Shown in pieces: positions 12,523 through 25,462 of a stretch of DNA of 64,000 bases. The notes below the pieces were generated by a model. The model was given only the letters and a program-made list of their open reading frames with translations. It did not search any database and was not told the DNA's origin. Made by a program: the position numbers and the translations under genes. Numbering within the stretch: the first letter of the stretch is position 1; every line of letters starts with the position of its first letter. Where the stretch lies: the NCBI GenBank assembly GCA_951406725.2, contig OX597832.1, positions 52,452,001-52,516,000 on the forward strand, given 5' to 3'. Source of the stretch: Octopus vulgaris (lineage: Eukaryota).

Positions 12523-14450
12523 TCTCGTCTTACATTTTCAATAAACAAATAGAAGGAATGTCATCAAGGAAGTGAATGTTACAATACCCACATTTCTCTG
12601 CTGCTTTTCCAATCCACTGATCAATGGCGACATCATGTGAATTCAATTCTCTGTTTTATTAGCCTTCATTGCTATATTTCCACTTCGTCACAGAAGCGTT
12701 TTTTGCTTCTCTTTTCCTTTCTCTATTCTTCGTATGAATAATTACCATTTTGTTTCAATAATTTAACGTGCAAAAGAAAACAATATAATTGAAACGATGT
12801 TATTAAAAGACAGAAAAAGAATTGAGATAAAACTACACAAAAGCCAGCTGCTATTTGGTGGAATCTCAGAGACAAACAACAAGATGGAGATTTTTGCTAT
12901 GCGTTTATTTCCAATGTAATGCAACAAACTTTGTTTTATACTTTTCTTTTATTGTATTATTGTATGTTCTATCTTCGAATTTCAGATGTCAAATTTCCTT
13001 TTCAACTAATATATTTATTTCTGTTATGTATTTCCATGGCTTTTATATACTTTCGCTTGTATTCTTTCATAGCTGTACGCCAGAGTCTTTTTTCCCCGTT
13101 TTTGTCTTGCCTCGTCCTTCAAAACAATGGATTACCTGCTGTCGACATTCCTAATAACTGGAAGGTCAATTGAAAATTGTGTTGTTTGTTTCAGTTATAA
13201 ATATTATAATTCTAAACTAATTGAAAAATATTGTTTGTTTCAAAGGTAAACCTTTCCCATATCATGGTTGTTAAGTTTACCATTTCTGTGTATCTTTAAT
13301 TTTGTTGTTGTTGTTGTTGTTAGTATGATATTTTTTGTTGCTGCCATCTTATTGTTTGCTCTTTTTCAAGAATACAATCCATTTTGTTTTGTCTGTATTA
13401 TGGGCAAAACTTTTGGCAAAAAAGCGCGAAGAAATCTTTTTATTTTATTTAATCATTTTTCCTTTAATAGTTGGTCAAATGTTTCAATCAGTTTTAATCT
13501 CCATTGAAGGAATATATTGAACTTGAAAATGGTCTCCTCGTAAACATGGCCAGACATATTGTGTTTCCCCAAGACAGAGGAACGGCGAGAAACTAAAGTA
13601 TGCAACGGTAAGAGAGGAAATTGAGGTAATATTGTTTTTGCAAGTAACAGCGGGAATAACAAGGGAAACTTCTGAAGCGGTGTCTACAGCGACAGGAATA
13701 AAGAACTTAATATGGTGGTCGAGGAAGGGAAGATGCAATAACAAACCGAACAATGGCAGAAACAACGAATTCTAACGGCAGCAACTGAACAAGAACGATG
13801 ATAATCAACAACAATGTCATCGGCAGTCAATATCGGTTTCAAATTTTGGTACAAGGCCAGCAGTTTCAGAGAAGGGGATAAGTCGGTTACATCAACTCCA
13901 GAGTTCAACTGGTACTTATTTTATCGACCCAGAATAAAGGATGACAGGCAAAGTCGACCTCAGCGGAATTTGAACTCAGAACGTGCAGACGGACGATATG
14001 CCGCTAAGCATTTTGTCCGGTCTGCTAACGATTCTGCCAGCTAGTCTCTTTTGATAAATTAAACGAATATCGTCAATATTAACAATAGCAAGGCAACGAG
14101 CTTGGCAGAATCGTTAGCACGCCGGGCAAAATTTTTCGTACGTTCTGAGTTCAAATTCCGCAGAGGTCGACCTTGCTTTTCATCCTTTCTGGGTCGATAA
14201 AATAAGTACCAGTTGAATACTGGGGTCGATGTAATTTACTTACCCACCCACCCGAACTTGCTGGCCTTCTACCAAAATTTGAAACCAGTATTAACAGTAA
14301 CAAGGTAACGAACTGGCAGAATCGTTAGCACGTGGGACAAAATGCTTAGCAGCATTTCGTCCGTCTTTACGTTCTGAGTTCAAATTTCGTCGAGGTCGAC
14401 TTTGCTTTTCATCTTCTCGGGGGTCGATAAAATAAGTACCATTTGAGTAC

Positions 14451-14779
14451 TTTCTTCGTCTTCTTAATCCTTTTTGCCCCTTGTGGAGCATACGGCCTCA
14501 ACAGTTTTCCACTTTTTGCGGTCGTTGGCGTGTTTCTTGGCTGCTTCCCATGTCAGGCCGGTTGTCCTGAGCTCGTCCAAAATGCTCCGCTTCCATGTCT
14601 GCTTGGGGCGTCCTCGCCTTCTTTTCCCCTGCGGGTTCCAGTCAAGTGCTTGTCGTGTCACATTTGAGGGTTTTTCCGCAGTGTGTGTCCGATCCATCTC
14701 CATCTCCTTCGTCTAATCTGAACATGTATGAGCTCGTGGTTGGCCCTTTCCGACAGGTCGCTGTTTGGCACTCTGTCGA
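14451..14779 (-). mobile_element. RTE-clade LINE 3' fragment inserted in a SINE-A
   Basis: VTRQALDWNPQGKRRRGRPKQTWKR motif; GAA-type tail; imperfect TSD ACCA(T/G)TTG(A/C)GTACT. Confidence 0.8.
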
Positions 14780-14956
14780 ACCAGTTGCGTACTAGAACCT
14801 ATGAAATCGAGTTACCCTCACCCCTGAAATTGCTGGCCTTGTGCCAAAATTTGAAATCAGTACTAGCCAGTAGCAATCACAAGGGTTCAAGCAACAACAA
14901 ATGTAATGTTAACACCAACAGCCATAACGTTGCACGAGAAGCAGTAACGTAATTTA

Positions 14957-15736
14957 TTATCCTTTCTACTGTAAGCACAAGGCCTGAAATTTGGGAGAAG
15001 GGATTAAGTCGATTACATCGACCCCAGAGCATAACTGGTACTTATTTAACCAACCCCGAAAGGATGAAAGGCAAAGTCGACCTCGGCGGAATTTGAACTC
15101 ACAACGTAACGGCAGCCGAAATACCTATTTCTATTTCTTTATTACCCACAAGGGGCTAAACACAGAGGGGACAAACATGGACAGACATAGGTATTAAGTC
15201 GATTACATCGACCTCAGTGCGTAACTGCTACTTAATTTATCGACCCCGAAAGGATGAAAGGCAAAGTCGACCTCGGTGGAATTTGAACTCAGAACGTAGC
15301 GACAGACGAAATACCTATTTCTTTACTACCCAAAAGGGGCTAAACAGAGGGGACAAACAAGGACAGACATAGGTATTAGGTCGATTATGTCGACCCCAGT
15401 GCGTAACTGGTACTTATTTAATCGACTCCGAAAGGATGAAAGGCAAAGTCGACCTCGGCGGAATTTGAACTCACAACGTAACGGCAGCCGAAATACCTAT
15501 TTCTATTTCTTTATTACCCACAAGGGGTTAAACACAGAGGGGACAAACAAGGACAGACATAGGTATTAAGTCGATTATGTCGACCTCAGTGCGTAACTGG
15601 TACTTATTTAATCGACCCCGAAAGGATGAAAGGCAAAGTCGACCTCGGCGGAATTTGAACTCACAACGTAACGGCAGCCGAAATACCGCTAAGCATTTCG
15701 CCCGACGTGCTAACGTTTCTGCCAGCTCGCCGCATT
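14957..15736 (-). mobile_element. SINE-A multimer (one head plus four bodies)
   Basis: Units of ~182-190 bp; single TSD GTAACGTAATTTA at 14944-14956 and 15737-15749. Confidence 0.85.
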
Positions 15737-16515
15737 GTAACGTAATTTAGAATAACACTTGAACTTTGTCGATAAAGAAGATAGAATAGACTAAAACAGC
15801 TATTTTTAAATGGAGCCCATATGACTCTTTATTATACTTTTTCTTTTATTCTTTTACTTGTTTCAGTCATTTGACTGCGGCCATGCTGGAGCACCGCCTT
15901 TAGTCGAGCAAATCGACCCCAGGACATATTCTTTGTAAGCCTAGTACTTATTCTATCGGTGTCTTTTACCGAACCGCTTAGTTACAGTGCCACGCAGTGT
16001 CAATAAACCCGAAACAACTCCGTTGCGAAACAAACTTCATAACTAATTTGCATAATTAAGAATGAAAATACAAAGAACTAAGGAAAATAACTCGAAGTGG
16101 CTAATGATATCAGTCTTGTAATAATTCCGCTTGTCATTACGTTACTTAGCCCGTCAGTAACGTTTTCACGTTATTAGAGAAAAAGGAGAAAGAAAAAAGG
16201 GAGAGAGAAGCGTCCATGACGTGAGGTAGAGGGAATGTAATTGTAATGCTTTCACGTGATTAGTTGAAAGGAAAGAGAGGACAAGAGAAAGAAGGGGGAG
16301 AGAGAAAAAGCGGATAAGGCGAAGAGTGGGGCAGAAAGAAAGAGAAAGAAAAAGAGGGAGATTGAAAAGACGACGAGAGAAGCGTCTATAACGTGTGGTA
16401 GGGGGGACGTAATATTTATTACGTGGTTGCAAAAGATAGTTGAAGGTAATGATATAGAGGAGAGTTTGGAATATAATTTTAGCAGAGGGGTGATGTTCTG
16501 ATTGGGAGATTAAAG

Positions 16516-16561
<46 letters not shown>

Positions 16562-17335
16562 GTGGTGGTGATGGTGGAGACGGCGGCAGTGGTGGTGGTG
16601 GTGGCGGCGATGGTGAGTGCATAGTGTAAAGTTTTTTTTTTTAATTGAATTAAGTTTTTTTTATATCACCTATCACTTAACGCATGCACATCCCAAATTT
16701 ACCATTCACTAGTTTCCCGTTCGGCTATCATATGCGATGACTATCAATAAATTACAAGGGCGGACGTTTGATAAAGTGGGGCTGTTCTTGCCTGAACCTG
16801 TATTCGGCCATGGTCAGTTATATGTCGCATTCTCAGTTATATGTTGCTTTCCCTATTATATCACAATGAGATTTGATATTTTTTGTATGTAGATGTTTAT
16901 AACGTAAGAATTGTGTAACCAGATTAGACTAATCTTTACATTCTCCTCTCCTTCCTAAATACGCTGTGTGAAAATTATCTGATGTAAGAGTTAAAGTTAT
17001 CAACACGAAGAGAAAAGAAGAGGGAAAATTTACAGAAAGAACATAGTCTGCAAAGAAGTATTGGATTGAACGGCGTACGTAAATTGAAATAGGCTTTGGC
17101 TCTGACCCATCACCTTAGCTTATAAGTTACCAGCGATATGGTTTTCAGAGTATGCCATGTTGCATTAAATTTTTACCCCCGTAAAATTGTGATCCCTGTA
17201 TTTTACATATAAAAGGTTTTTTTACTATAAAATTTTTGTCTTCTATATAGGTAATTGCGACCATGTAAATTTTAAAATGTAATTTATTCTGTTTATGGGG
17301 GAAATGGAAAATTAAGAGTGAATATTTATTTTATG

Positions 17336-17734
17336 GGATCTTTTCGGTTTGAACGGCAGTTTTTTCTAGCGGTGTCATATGAAATTGTCACCCATAATTA
17401 TGACCCTAGTATCGATCAATTGCATTACAATCTGTTTTAGGGTTAGGGTGGGGGGTATCTTTTTTTTCTTCAGAAATGTAAATAAACCCAATCTGTTTCT
17501 TAAACGAAGGACATATTCATACGGCACAGAATGTTTTCACCTCAAGAGGTGATTGGTTGAAATTGCAGAAATTGAAGAAAAAAACGACAAATATCTTACA
17601 AACTATAGAATTTTCTCAATAAAGCCAAGAGAAAAAGATGTTTTATAAACACATTCTACCAATATACGAAGTTTAAAAGTGTTTAGTTACGTGGAAATTA
17701 TTCTAAAAAACTGCCGTTCAAACCGAAAAGATCC
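17336..17734 (+). mobile_element. TTAGGG-containing MITE, copy 5
   Basis: TSD ATTT(T/A)ATG; the empty site is present in the paralogous block near 19068-19075. Confidence 0.92.
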
Positions 17735-17787
17735 ATTTAATGAGTGCTATGTATTAAGTCCATAAAATTGTACGTAGAGTACATAAA

Positions 17788-17849
<62 letters not shown>

Positions 17850-18344
17850 AGCATTAAGTAATCATTGTTTTCCAATTTCCTTCACTTTTCAATGAATACC
17901 AGATGAGCGATTATCCATACGGGCGACGCTTTCAGGCTTTTTGGATAAAGTTTTTAGAATAACTCAATAGGTTTACTATTAATTCTGTGAAATATTTTCG
18001 GATACCGCTAGTCTGATAAATAATTCTGGTTGTCATTGCGTTACTTAGCCGTCGGTAACGCTTTCACGTGATTAGAGGAAAAGACGGAGAGGGAAAAGGA
18101 GAAATAGAGGGAGGGAGAAAAGAAGGGAAGTGAAGCGTCGATGGCGTGAGGTAGAGGGAATGTAATTATTACGCTTTCACGTGATTAGTTGAAGGGGAAG
18201 CGAGGAGAAAGGAAAAGGAGAGGGAAAGAGAGGATAAGGCGAGGAGTGAGACAGAAAGAGGGAGAGAGAAAAAGAGGGAGAGAGAAGCGTAATATTTATG
18301 ACGTGGTTTAAAAAATTAGTTGATGGTAGGGGAGGAGAGGTTGT

Positions 18345-18785
18345 TTTTTTCTCTTTTACTTGTTTCAGTCATTTGACTGTGGCCATGCTGGAGCACCGCC
18401 TTTAGTAGAGCAAATCGACCCCAGGACTTATTCTTTGGAAGCCTAGTACTTATTCTATCGGTGTCTTTTGCCGAACCGCTAAGTTACGGAGACGTAAACA
18501 CACCAGCATCGGTTGTCAAGCGATGTTGGGGGGACAAACAAACACACACACACATACATACATACATACATACATACATACATACATACATACATACATA
18601 CATACATACATACATAAATATGACGGGCTTCTTTCAGTTTCCGTCTACCAAATCCACTCACAATGCTTTGGTCGGGCCGCGTTTATAGTAGAAGACACTT
18701 GCCCAAGGTGCCACGCAGTGGGAATGAACCCGGAATCATATGGTTGGTAAGCAAGCTACTTACCACACAGCCACTCCTGCGCCTA
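18345..18785 (-). mobile_element. tRNA-derived SINE family B (CORE-like; representative copy)
   Basis: Minus head AGGCGCAGGAGTGGCTGTGTGG, B-box GGTTCA(G/T)TCCC, CCTTGGGCAAGT core, internal microsatellite, GAAACAAGTAAAAGA tail. Further copies at about 10710(-), 15845(-), 19410(-), 22750, 23565(-), 32140(-), 35905(-), 36512, 36955(-), 38320, 44720, 52240, 55445(-), 63335(-). Confidence 0.88.
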
Positions 18786-19624
18786 TAATATAATTTAGCA
18801 GAGGGATAATGTTCTAATGGCGAGGTTAAAGAAAGGCAGATAATGGGGGGGGGTTGATTGGATAGTGAAAAGTGTATTTTTTAAAATTGAACTAAGTTTT
18901 TTTTTATATCACCTATCACTTAACGCATGCGTATAAGTGCAAATCAGTGAAATATTCACGCTTATTTACGTGGCAGATATATGTATTTTAACTAAAGGTT
19001 GTACCATATGTATGGAATGCTTTTTGTACTGTTTTGGGGGGAAATAGTAAAATAAGAGTGAATATTTATTTTATGAGTGCTGTGTATTAAGTCTATAAAA
19101 CTGAGCATAAAGTATATAAAGTATATATATAAAGTGCATTAAGTAAACATCGTATTCCAATTTCTTTCACTTTTCAATGATTAGTAGATGAACGACAATC
19201 TTTCTATACAGATACAACACAAGCTACGCTTTCTGGCTTTCAGAATTAACCCAATAGGTTTACCATTAATTCCGTGAAATATTCACGGGTCCTGCTAGTT
19301 TGGATAAACAGAGGAAAAACGAATTATAGGCCTGGGTGGGTGAATGAGGCGTCTGGGATTCACGGTATCAATTGCGAATCAGATATAGTAACATAAAGGT
19401 TTCGAATTTCGTTCTTTTACTTGTGCCGGTCATTTGACTGTGGCCATGCTGGAGCACCACCTTCAAGGGTTTTAGTCGACCAACTCGATCCCGGGACTGT
19501 TTTTAAGCCCAGTACTTATTCGATCGATCTCTTCGACCTAGCCGCTAAGTTACGGGGACGTAAACACACCAAAACCCGTTGTTAAGCGGGGATGGAGGAC
19601 AAACACAAAGACACACACATAGAT

Positions 19625-19678
<54 letters not shown>

Positions 19679-19716
19679 ATATAGAGAGAGAGATACATAT
19701 ATATATATATAGATAT

Positions 19717-19763
<47 letters not shown>

Positions 19764-21018
19764 CATACGTATATAGATACATATAGATATAGATGTGTAT
19801 ATATATATATACGACGGGCTCTTTTCAGTTTCTCTCTACCAAATCTACTCACAAGGCTTTGGTCGGCCCGAGGCTATAGAAGAAGACACTTGTCCAAGGT
19901 AGCACGCAGTGGGAATGAACCCGGAACCATGTGGTTGATAAGCAAGCTACTTACCACACAGCCACTCCTGCGTCTATATATAATATATAATATTTCATAT
20001 AATATATTATATATCATATATATAATATAAAAGATAGTAAATAAGATATAGAATAATTCTTGCTTCAATAATAGTACAAGGCGTTGCACCAGCATGGCCG
20101 TGACAAAAATTGCAAAGTGAGAATATAGACACATGTAAGGTTGTGTGGTAAGAAGTTTGCGATCACATGGTTTAGGGTTCAATCTCACTGCGAAGAAACA
20201 TGGACAACTGTCTTCTATAGCAGCGGGCTGACCAGAGGCTTGTGAGTGGATTTGGTAGACGGGAGATGAAAGAAACCCGTCGCGTACGTATCTATATATG
20301 TCTTTCTGTCTGTCTGTCTATATGTATGTATAAAGGCGGCGAGCTGGCAGAAACGTTAGCACGCCGGGCGAAATGCGTAGCCGTATTTCGTCTGCCGTTA
20401 CGTTCTGAGTTCAAATTCCGCCGAGGTCGACTTTGCCTTTCATCCTTTCGGGGTCGATAAATTAAGTACCAGTTACGCACTGGGGTCGATGTAATCGACT
20501 TAATCCGTTTGTCTATCCTTGTTTGTCCCCTCTGTGTTTAGCCCCTTGTGGGTAGTAAATAAATATGTCTATATGTATGTAAGTATCTATTTATGTATGT
20601 ATGTGTGTATATGTATGTTTGTGTGTATGTAACTATGTGTGAATGTATGTACGTCCTATATATGTGTGTATGTATGTATGTATGTATGTATGTATGTATG
20701 TTGCATGGTCGGGTCGTCGGCGACTAAACTGGCAACCCCATCAAGTTTGCTTGGTGAGGAAGGGTGATTGTTGGACACCCTGCTGTACGAAAAATAAGAC
20801 TTGTCAAAGGGCAGAAAGATCTCACGGGCAGTCAACGGCTATCCAACAATATGTGTACATGTGTATGTATGCGCAGGAACGTGGAAATACCTGGGTTGGT
20901 GTTCAGGCCCGCGATCGGCCCTGGGAAGTGAGAGGCCCCTCTGCTGTTGTCACAACATCTTCCGGGAGAGGGGAACTCTGAGAGAAAACCTGCAACACTG
21001 ACAACATTCGATGAGGTA

Positions 21019-22268
21019 TTAGGTTGTTCCGTAAATAATGGCCGCTCAAAGAGTTGTGTTTTGAAACGCAATTTTATCATAGTATTTTAATTATATTTGA
21101 AGTGATTTTCGACATACTTAATAATTGATGGATGCTCTTTAATAATTTTCTACTTATTTCAGACAGAAAACATTCTTGAAGAATAGGCGCCCTTAATTAT
21201 GAACATGGCAAAAAAGGACTTTAGCTTACTTTTCTTGCATGAGTTCAAGCTTGGGCACAATGCCTCCCAAACTGCTGCTGATATCAACAGAGCATGGGGA
21301 GAGGGGTCCACGAGTGATCACACAGTACAAAGGTGGCTTCAGAAATTCTGTAGTGGTGATGAGAGCCTTGAAGATGAAGAAGGTAGAGGACGGTCATACA
21401 GTCTTGACAGTGAACAATTGAAAGCAATTGTTTAACAAAACCCACGTCAAAGTGTCAGGGAAATGTCTCAAGCACTTGGTGTTGGTATTGCAACGGTCTC
21501 ACGCAATCTGCAGAACATTGGTAAGGTAAAAAAGCTTGATAAATGGATACTGCATTAGCTCAATGAAAATCAAAAAGTTCGGCGTTTTGAAGTGTGCTCG
21601 ATGCTCTTTCTGCGAAACACCAATGATCCTTTTGCTGCCCGAATAGTCACTCGTGACGAAAAGTGGATCCTTTATGATAACTGCAAACGATCAGGTCAAT
21701 GGCTTGATCGTGATGTGTCCCCAAAACATTTCCCAAAGCCAAAGTTGCTTCAGCAAAAGATTATGGTGACTGTCTGGTGGTCTGCAATTGCTGTTGTCCA
21801 TTACAGCTTTCTGAAAAGCAATCAGAGCAGCACAGCAGAGATTTACTGCAATCAACTCGCTGAAATGCATGCTCACTTGCAAAAAATGAGATCTGCATTC
21901 GTGAATCGGCGTGGCCCAATTCTGCTCCACAATAATACAAAGCCACATGTTGCAGGAATGACACTGCAGAAACTTAGACTTGGGATAAGAGACTTTACCA
22001 CATCCACCATATTCTCCTGATCTTTCACCCACTGACTACCATTTTTTAAAGCATTTAAACACGTTTTTAAGTGATAAAACTTTCAGGTCCAAACCAGAGG
22101 TGGAATCAGCTTTCAAAGATTTCTTAGCATCAAAGCCAATAAGTTTTTATCATCTCGTTGGTCGATGGCAGAGATGCATACTTTGACTAATCAAAATATT
22201 TCTGTTGTTAATTTTTCCCAAAAAAAATTATGTTTCTGAAATCGGCCATTATCTTCGAAACAACCAAA
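21019..22268 (+). mobile_element. Full-length defective mariner (DD34D) transposon
   Basis: TIRs TTAGGTTGTTCCGTAAATAATGGCCG and CGGCCATTATCTTCGAAACAACCAAA with TA TSDs; 1250 bp. Confidence 0.93.
21199..22190 (+). pseudogene. Mariner transposase pseudogene
   Basis: HTH N-terminus with GRGRS, WILH*L (WVPHEL-like), TRDEKW, MVTVWW, HNNTKPH and PPYSPDLSPTDY; premature stops and a frameshift. Confidence 0.9.
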
Positions 22269-22489
22269 TAGACTAGTTCTTCTTTCCGAGTTTATGTTGT
22301 CCATGTTCAGAGAGTGGGACTGGATTTGTGCAAATCCTTTCCCCTCACTGTAAAAAAAAAATCATCAGGCACAGGCATCGCTTGAAAAAACAGAAAGTAA
22401 GACCTATTACAAAAATGGTTGGTCGTAGCCTTCGCATGTGTGGGACTTTCCATCGGGCGATGGCAGTACTAGGACATGAGTTTGCAAGA

Positions 22490-22492
22490 ATG

Positions 22493-22524
<32 letters not shown>

Positions 22525-22658
22525 TGTATGTATGTATGTATGTATGCATGTATGCATGTATGTATGTATGTATGTATGTATGTATGTATGTATGTATGTA
22601 TGTATGTATGTATGTATGTATGTATGTATGTATGTATGTATGTATGTATGTATGTATA
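22490..22658. repeat. (TATG)n microsatellite
   Basis: Direct reading. Confidence 0.95.
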
Positions 22659-25028
22659 GTTAATCCAAACATGAACAAAGAGAAAACACAACAATGCGAG
22701 GACGTGGAACAAGTATAGTGTTATTGGACGCTCAGGATGTTATTGGATGTCCCTCAACATCGCTTGACAACCGATGGTGGTGTGTTTACGTCCTCGTAAC
22801 TTAGCGGTTCGGCAAAAGAGACCGATAGAATAAGTACTAGGCTTACAAAGAATAAGTCCTGGGGTCGATTTGCTCGACAAAAGGCGGTGCTCCAGCATGG
22901 CCACAGTCAAATGACTGAAACAAGTAAAAGAGTGTATATATAGAGGGAGAGGGGGAAGGAGGAGGGGAGACGCATACAAATGTGTGTGTATGTATGCATT
23001 TACGTATGTATATGCGTATGTAAATGTGTGCGCGCGTGCGTGTACGTTTGTGTTTCTCTCTCAATAGCGTTTGACAACCGGTGTTGGTCTCTTTATGTCC
23101 CCGCAATGTAACGATTTGGCAAAAGAGTCCTTAGAAAAAAATAACTGGGACGGATTTGTTCGACTAAAACCCTTCATAATTGTGCTCCAGCAAGGCCGTA
23201 GTCCAATGACTGAAACAAGTAGAAGATTAAAAATAAAAGATATTCTATGCATATACATTATACGATAACCACGCCTACAGGAATAAGTCAACGCCTCCCT
23301 CAATCATCAGCCAATCACAATACAGCCTTTCTTTCGCGTAAAATTTCCATTCACTTCACAACAAATATTGCTCAAAGACAAAATATTTCTAATAATAATA
23401 ACTGCGCTCCAGACACCAAGAAACGTTTCCATGAGAAAATAATTTGATACTGGTAGAAGTATCTCCATCTGAACTCAAGGTCAAAGACGTCATGCAGGGC
23501 TGGATAGAAACCCCAAAGAGGCCCTAAAAAGGCACTTAAAAGATTTTGGTGCCTTCATATATACTCTTTTATGTGTTTCAGTCATTTGACTGTGGCCATG
23601 CTGGAGCACCGCCTTTAGTCGAGCAAATCGACCCCAGGACTTATTCTTTGTAAGCCTAGTACTTATTCTATCGGTCTCTTTGCCCTAGTACTTGTTCTAT
23701 CGGTCGCTTTTGCCGAACCGCTAAGTTACGGCGACGTAAACACACCAACATCGGTTGTCAAGCGATGTTGTAGGAACAAACACAGACACACAAACATATA
23801 CACACACATATATATGCAAATATACGACGGGCTTCTTTCAGTTTCCGTCTACCAAATCCACTCAGAAGGTTTTGGTCGACCCGAGGCTCTTGTAGAAGAC
23901 ACTTGCCAAGGTGCCACGCAGTGGGACTGAACCCGGAACCATGTGGTTGGTAAACAAGCTACTTACCACACAGCCACTCCTACGCCTATATATGTGTAAA
24001 TCAGGCGAGCTGGCAGAATCGTTAGCACGCCGGGCGAAATGCGTAGTCATATTTCGTCTGCTCTTACGTTCTGAGTTCAAATTCTGCCGGGTCGACTTTG
24101 CCTTTCATCCTTTCGGGGTCGATAAATAAAGTACCACTTTCGCACTGGGGTCGATATAATCGACTTAATCCCTTTGTCTGTCCTTGTTTGTCCCCTCTAT
24201 GTTTAGCCCGTTGTGGGCAATAAAGAAATATATATATATGTGTAAATCAAAATATAAACAATGATAAATCATAAAATAAATTTTTATTTTGCTAAATGAA
24301 GCAAAACTAACAGTAAGATGGAAAACAATGTTTATTTTAAGGGACGTTAGCCATCTGAATGTGGCTAGGGACGTCCCTTATGTTATGGAGCAGTTACTGT
24401 CTATATCTCGTTTAGAGAATTATTATTAATGTTTATTTTTATATACTTATATTTGAAATTTTTTCTCCTACTTTTTTTTTTTTTAATTGCAAAGTCTTTG
24501 ATCAGATCCTCACCGTGACACCATGAACACTTCGAAACTATATTTCCGATCGTGTAAACCACTTCGAGTGTTATTTTGGCAAGTTTTGGCAAATGATTTC
24601 TTTCGTGCCGTAGACCATTTACCATTTCTCTGGTGTTCTCCGCCTTCCCTTGTTGCCCTAAGAACGTGCTTATTTTGCTTAATGGTTGATCCAGCGCTGA
24701 AGTCATGAGGTGTCCATTGGCTTGTCTGAACCTATGAAAACAAATTATGGTTTACGGCACAAAAGAAATCACTTTAAACTTATTTTGACATAGACACGTC
24801 CTCATCATGTTCAAGTAAAAATACCCAGAACACATTTCTTCAAAATTCTTTATAGTCGCAGACATAGCTGTGTGGTTAAGAAGCTCTTAATTCTTTGGGG
24901 TTTGGATAAATCACCCTTGGAAACATGGGTGTTTCGTTCAACATCCTTAAACAACCATGACGGGTATACTGGGCTTCGTATATTGGTATCCCAGTGTCAC
25001 TTTGATGGCATGCATTGCTCTCTCACTC

Positions 25029-25071
<43 letters not shown>

Positions 25072-25073
<2 letters not shown>

Positions 25074-25450
25074 GACCTGCTAATAGAAATTGAAAAAATG
25101 TGGCATCTCAAGGCCACTACAGTACCAGTGATTGTAGAATCTCTAGGAATGATAAAAAAAAAGGTACTGAAACCCATTTGAAAATGATTCCAGGCTTAAT
25201 ATCCCTACAGGAAGTGCAAAAAATCGTATTAACTGGAACGGCTCATGTACTGAGAAGAGCATTTTCGCTGTGAAAACAACATCCATCCATGAATTTATTT
25301 ATTTATTAATTTTTAAATACATATTTTATCTGTGAATTTGCGTGTGTAATCTGGGAATGCATACAAAGAGCTTCTCTTCCCTAGGTGTATGGAAAACACT
25401 CGGCGAGAAACGGAAGAAAATCTGAAGAAAGAAGGAAAAAACATAATGAT
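25072..25450 (+). mobile_element. R4/Dong-type LINE 3' fragment
   Basis: DLLIEIEKMWHLKATTVPVIVESLG...QEVQKIVLTGTAHVLRR; bounded by (AAT)n. Confidence 0.7.
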
Positions 25451-25462
25451 AATTATAATAAT

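Larger units (their letters stand above)
16121..19310. repeat. Diverged local tandem duplication (about 16121-18020 and 18021-19310)
   Basis: Shared blocks TTGTCATT.CGTTACTTAGC, TATCACCTATCACTTAACGCATGC and AAGAGTGAATATTTATTTTATG occur in both halves. Confidence 0.8.

Noticed and set aside
12550-13800. Repeat-free AT-rich stretch as an exon or enhancer
   Set aside because: ORFs are low-complexity with no identifiable motif; only cross-species conservation could support function.
24401-24731. Possible orphan exon on the minus strand (TTTTCATAG acceptor, 101-aa ORF)
   Set aside because: No recognisable homology in any frame and no partner exons; needs RNA-seq or BLASTX.
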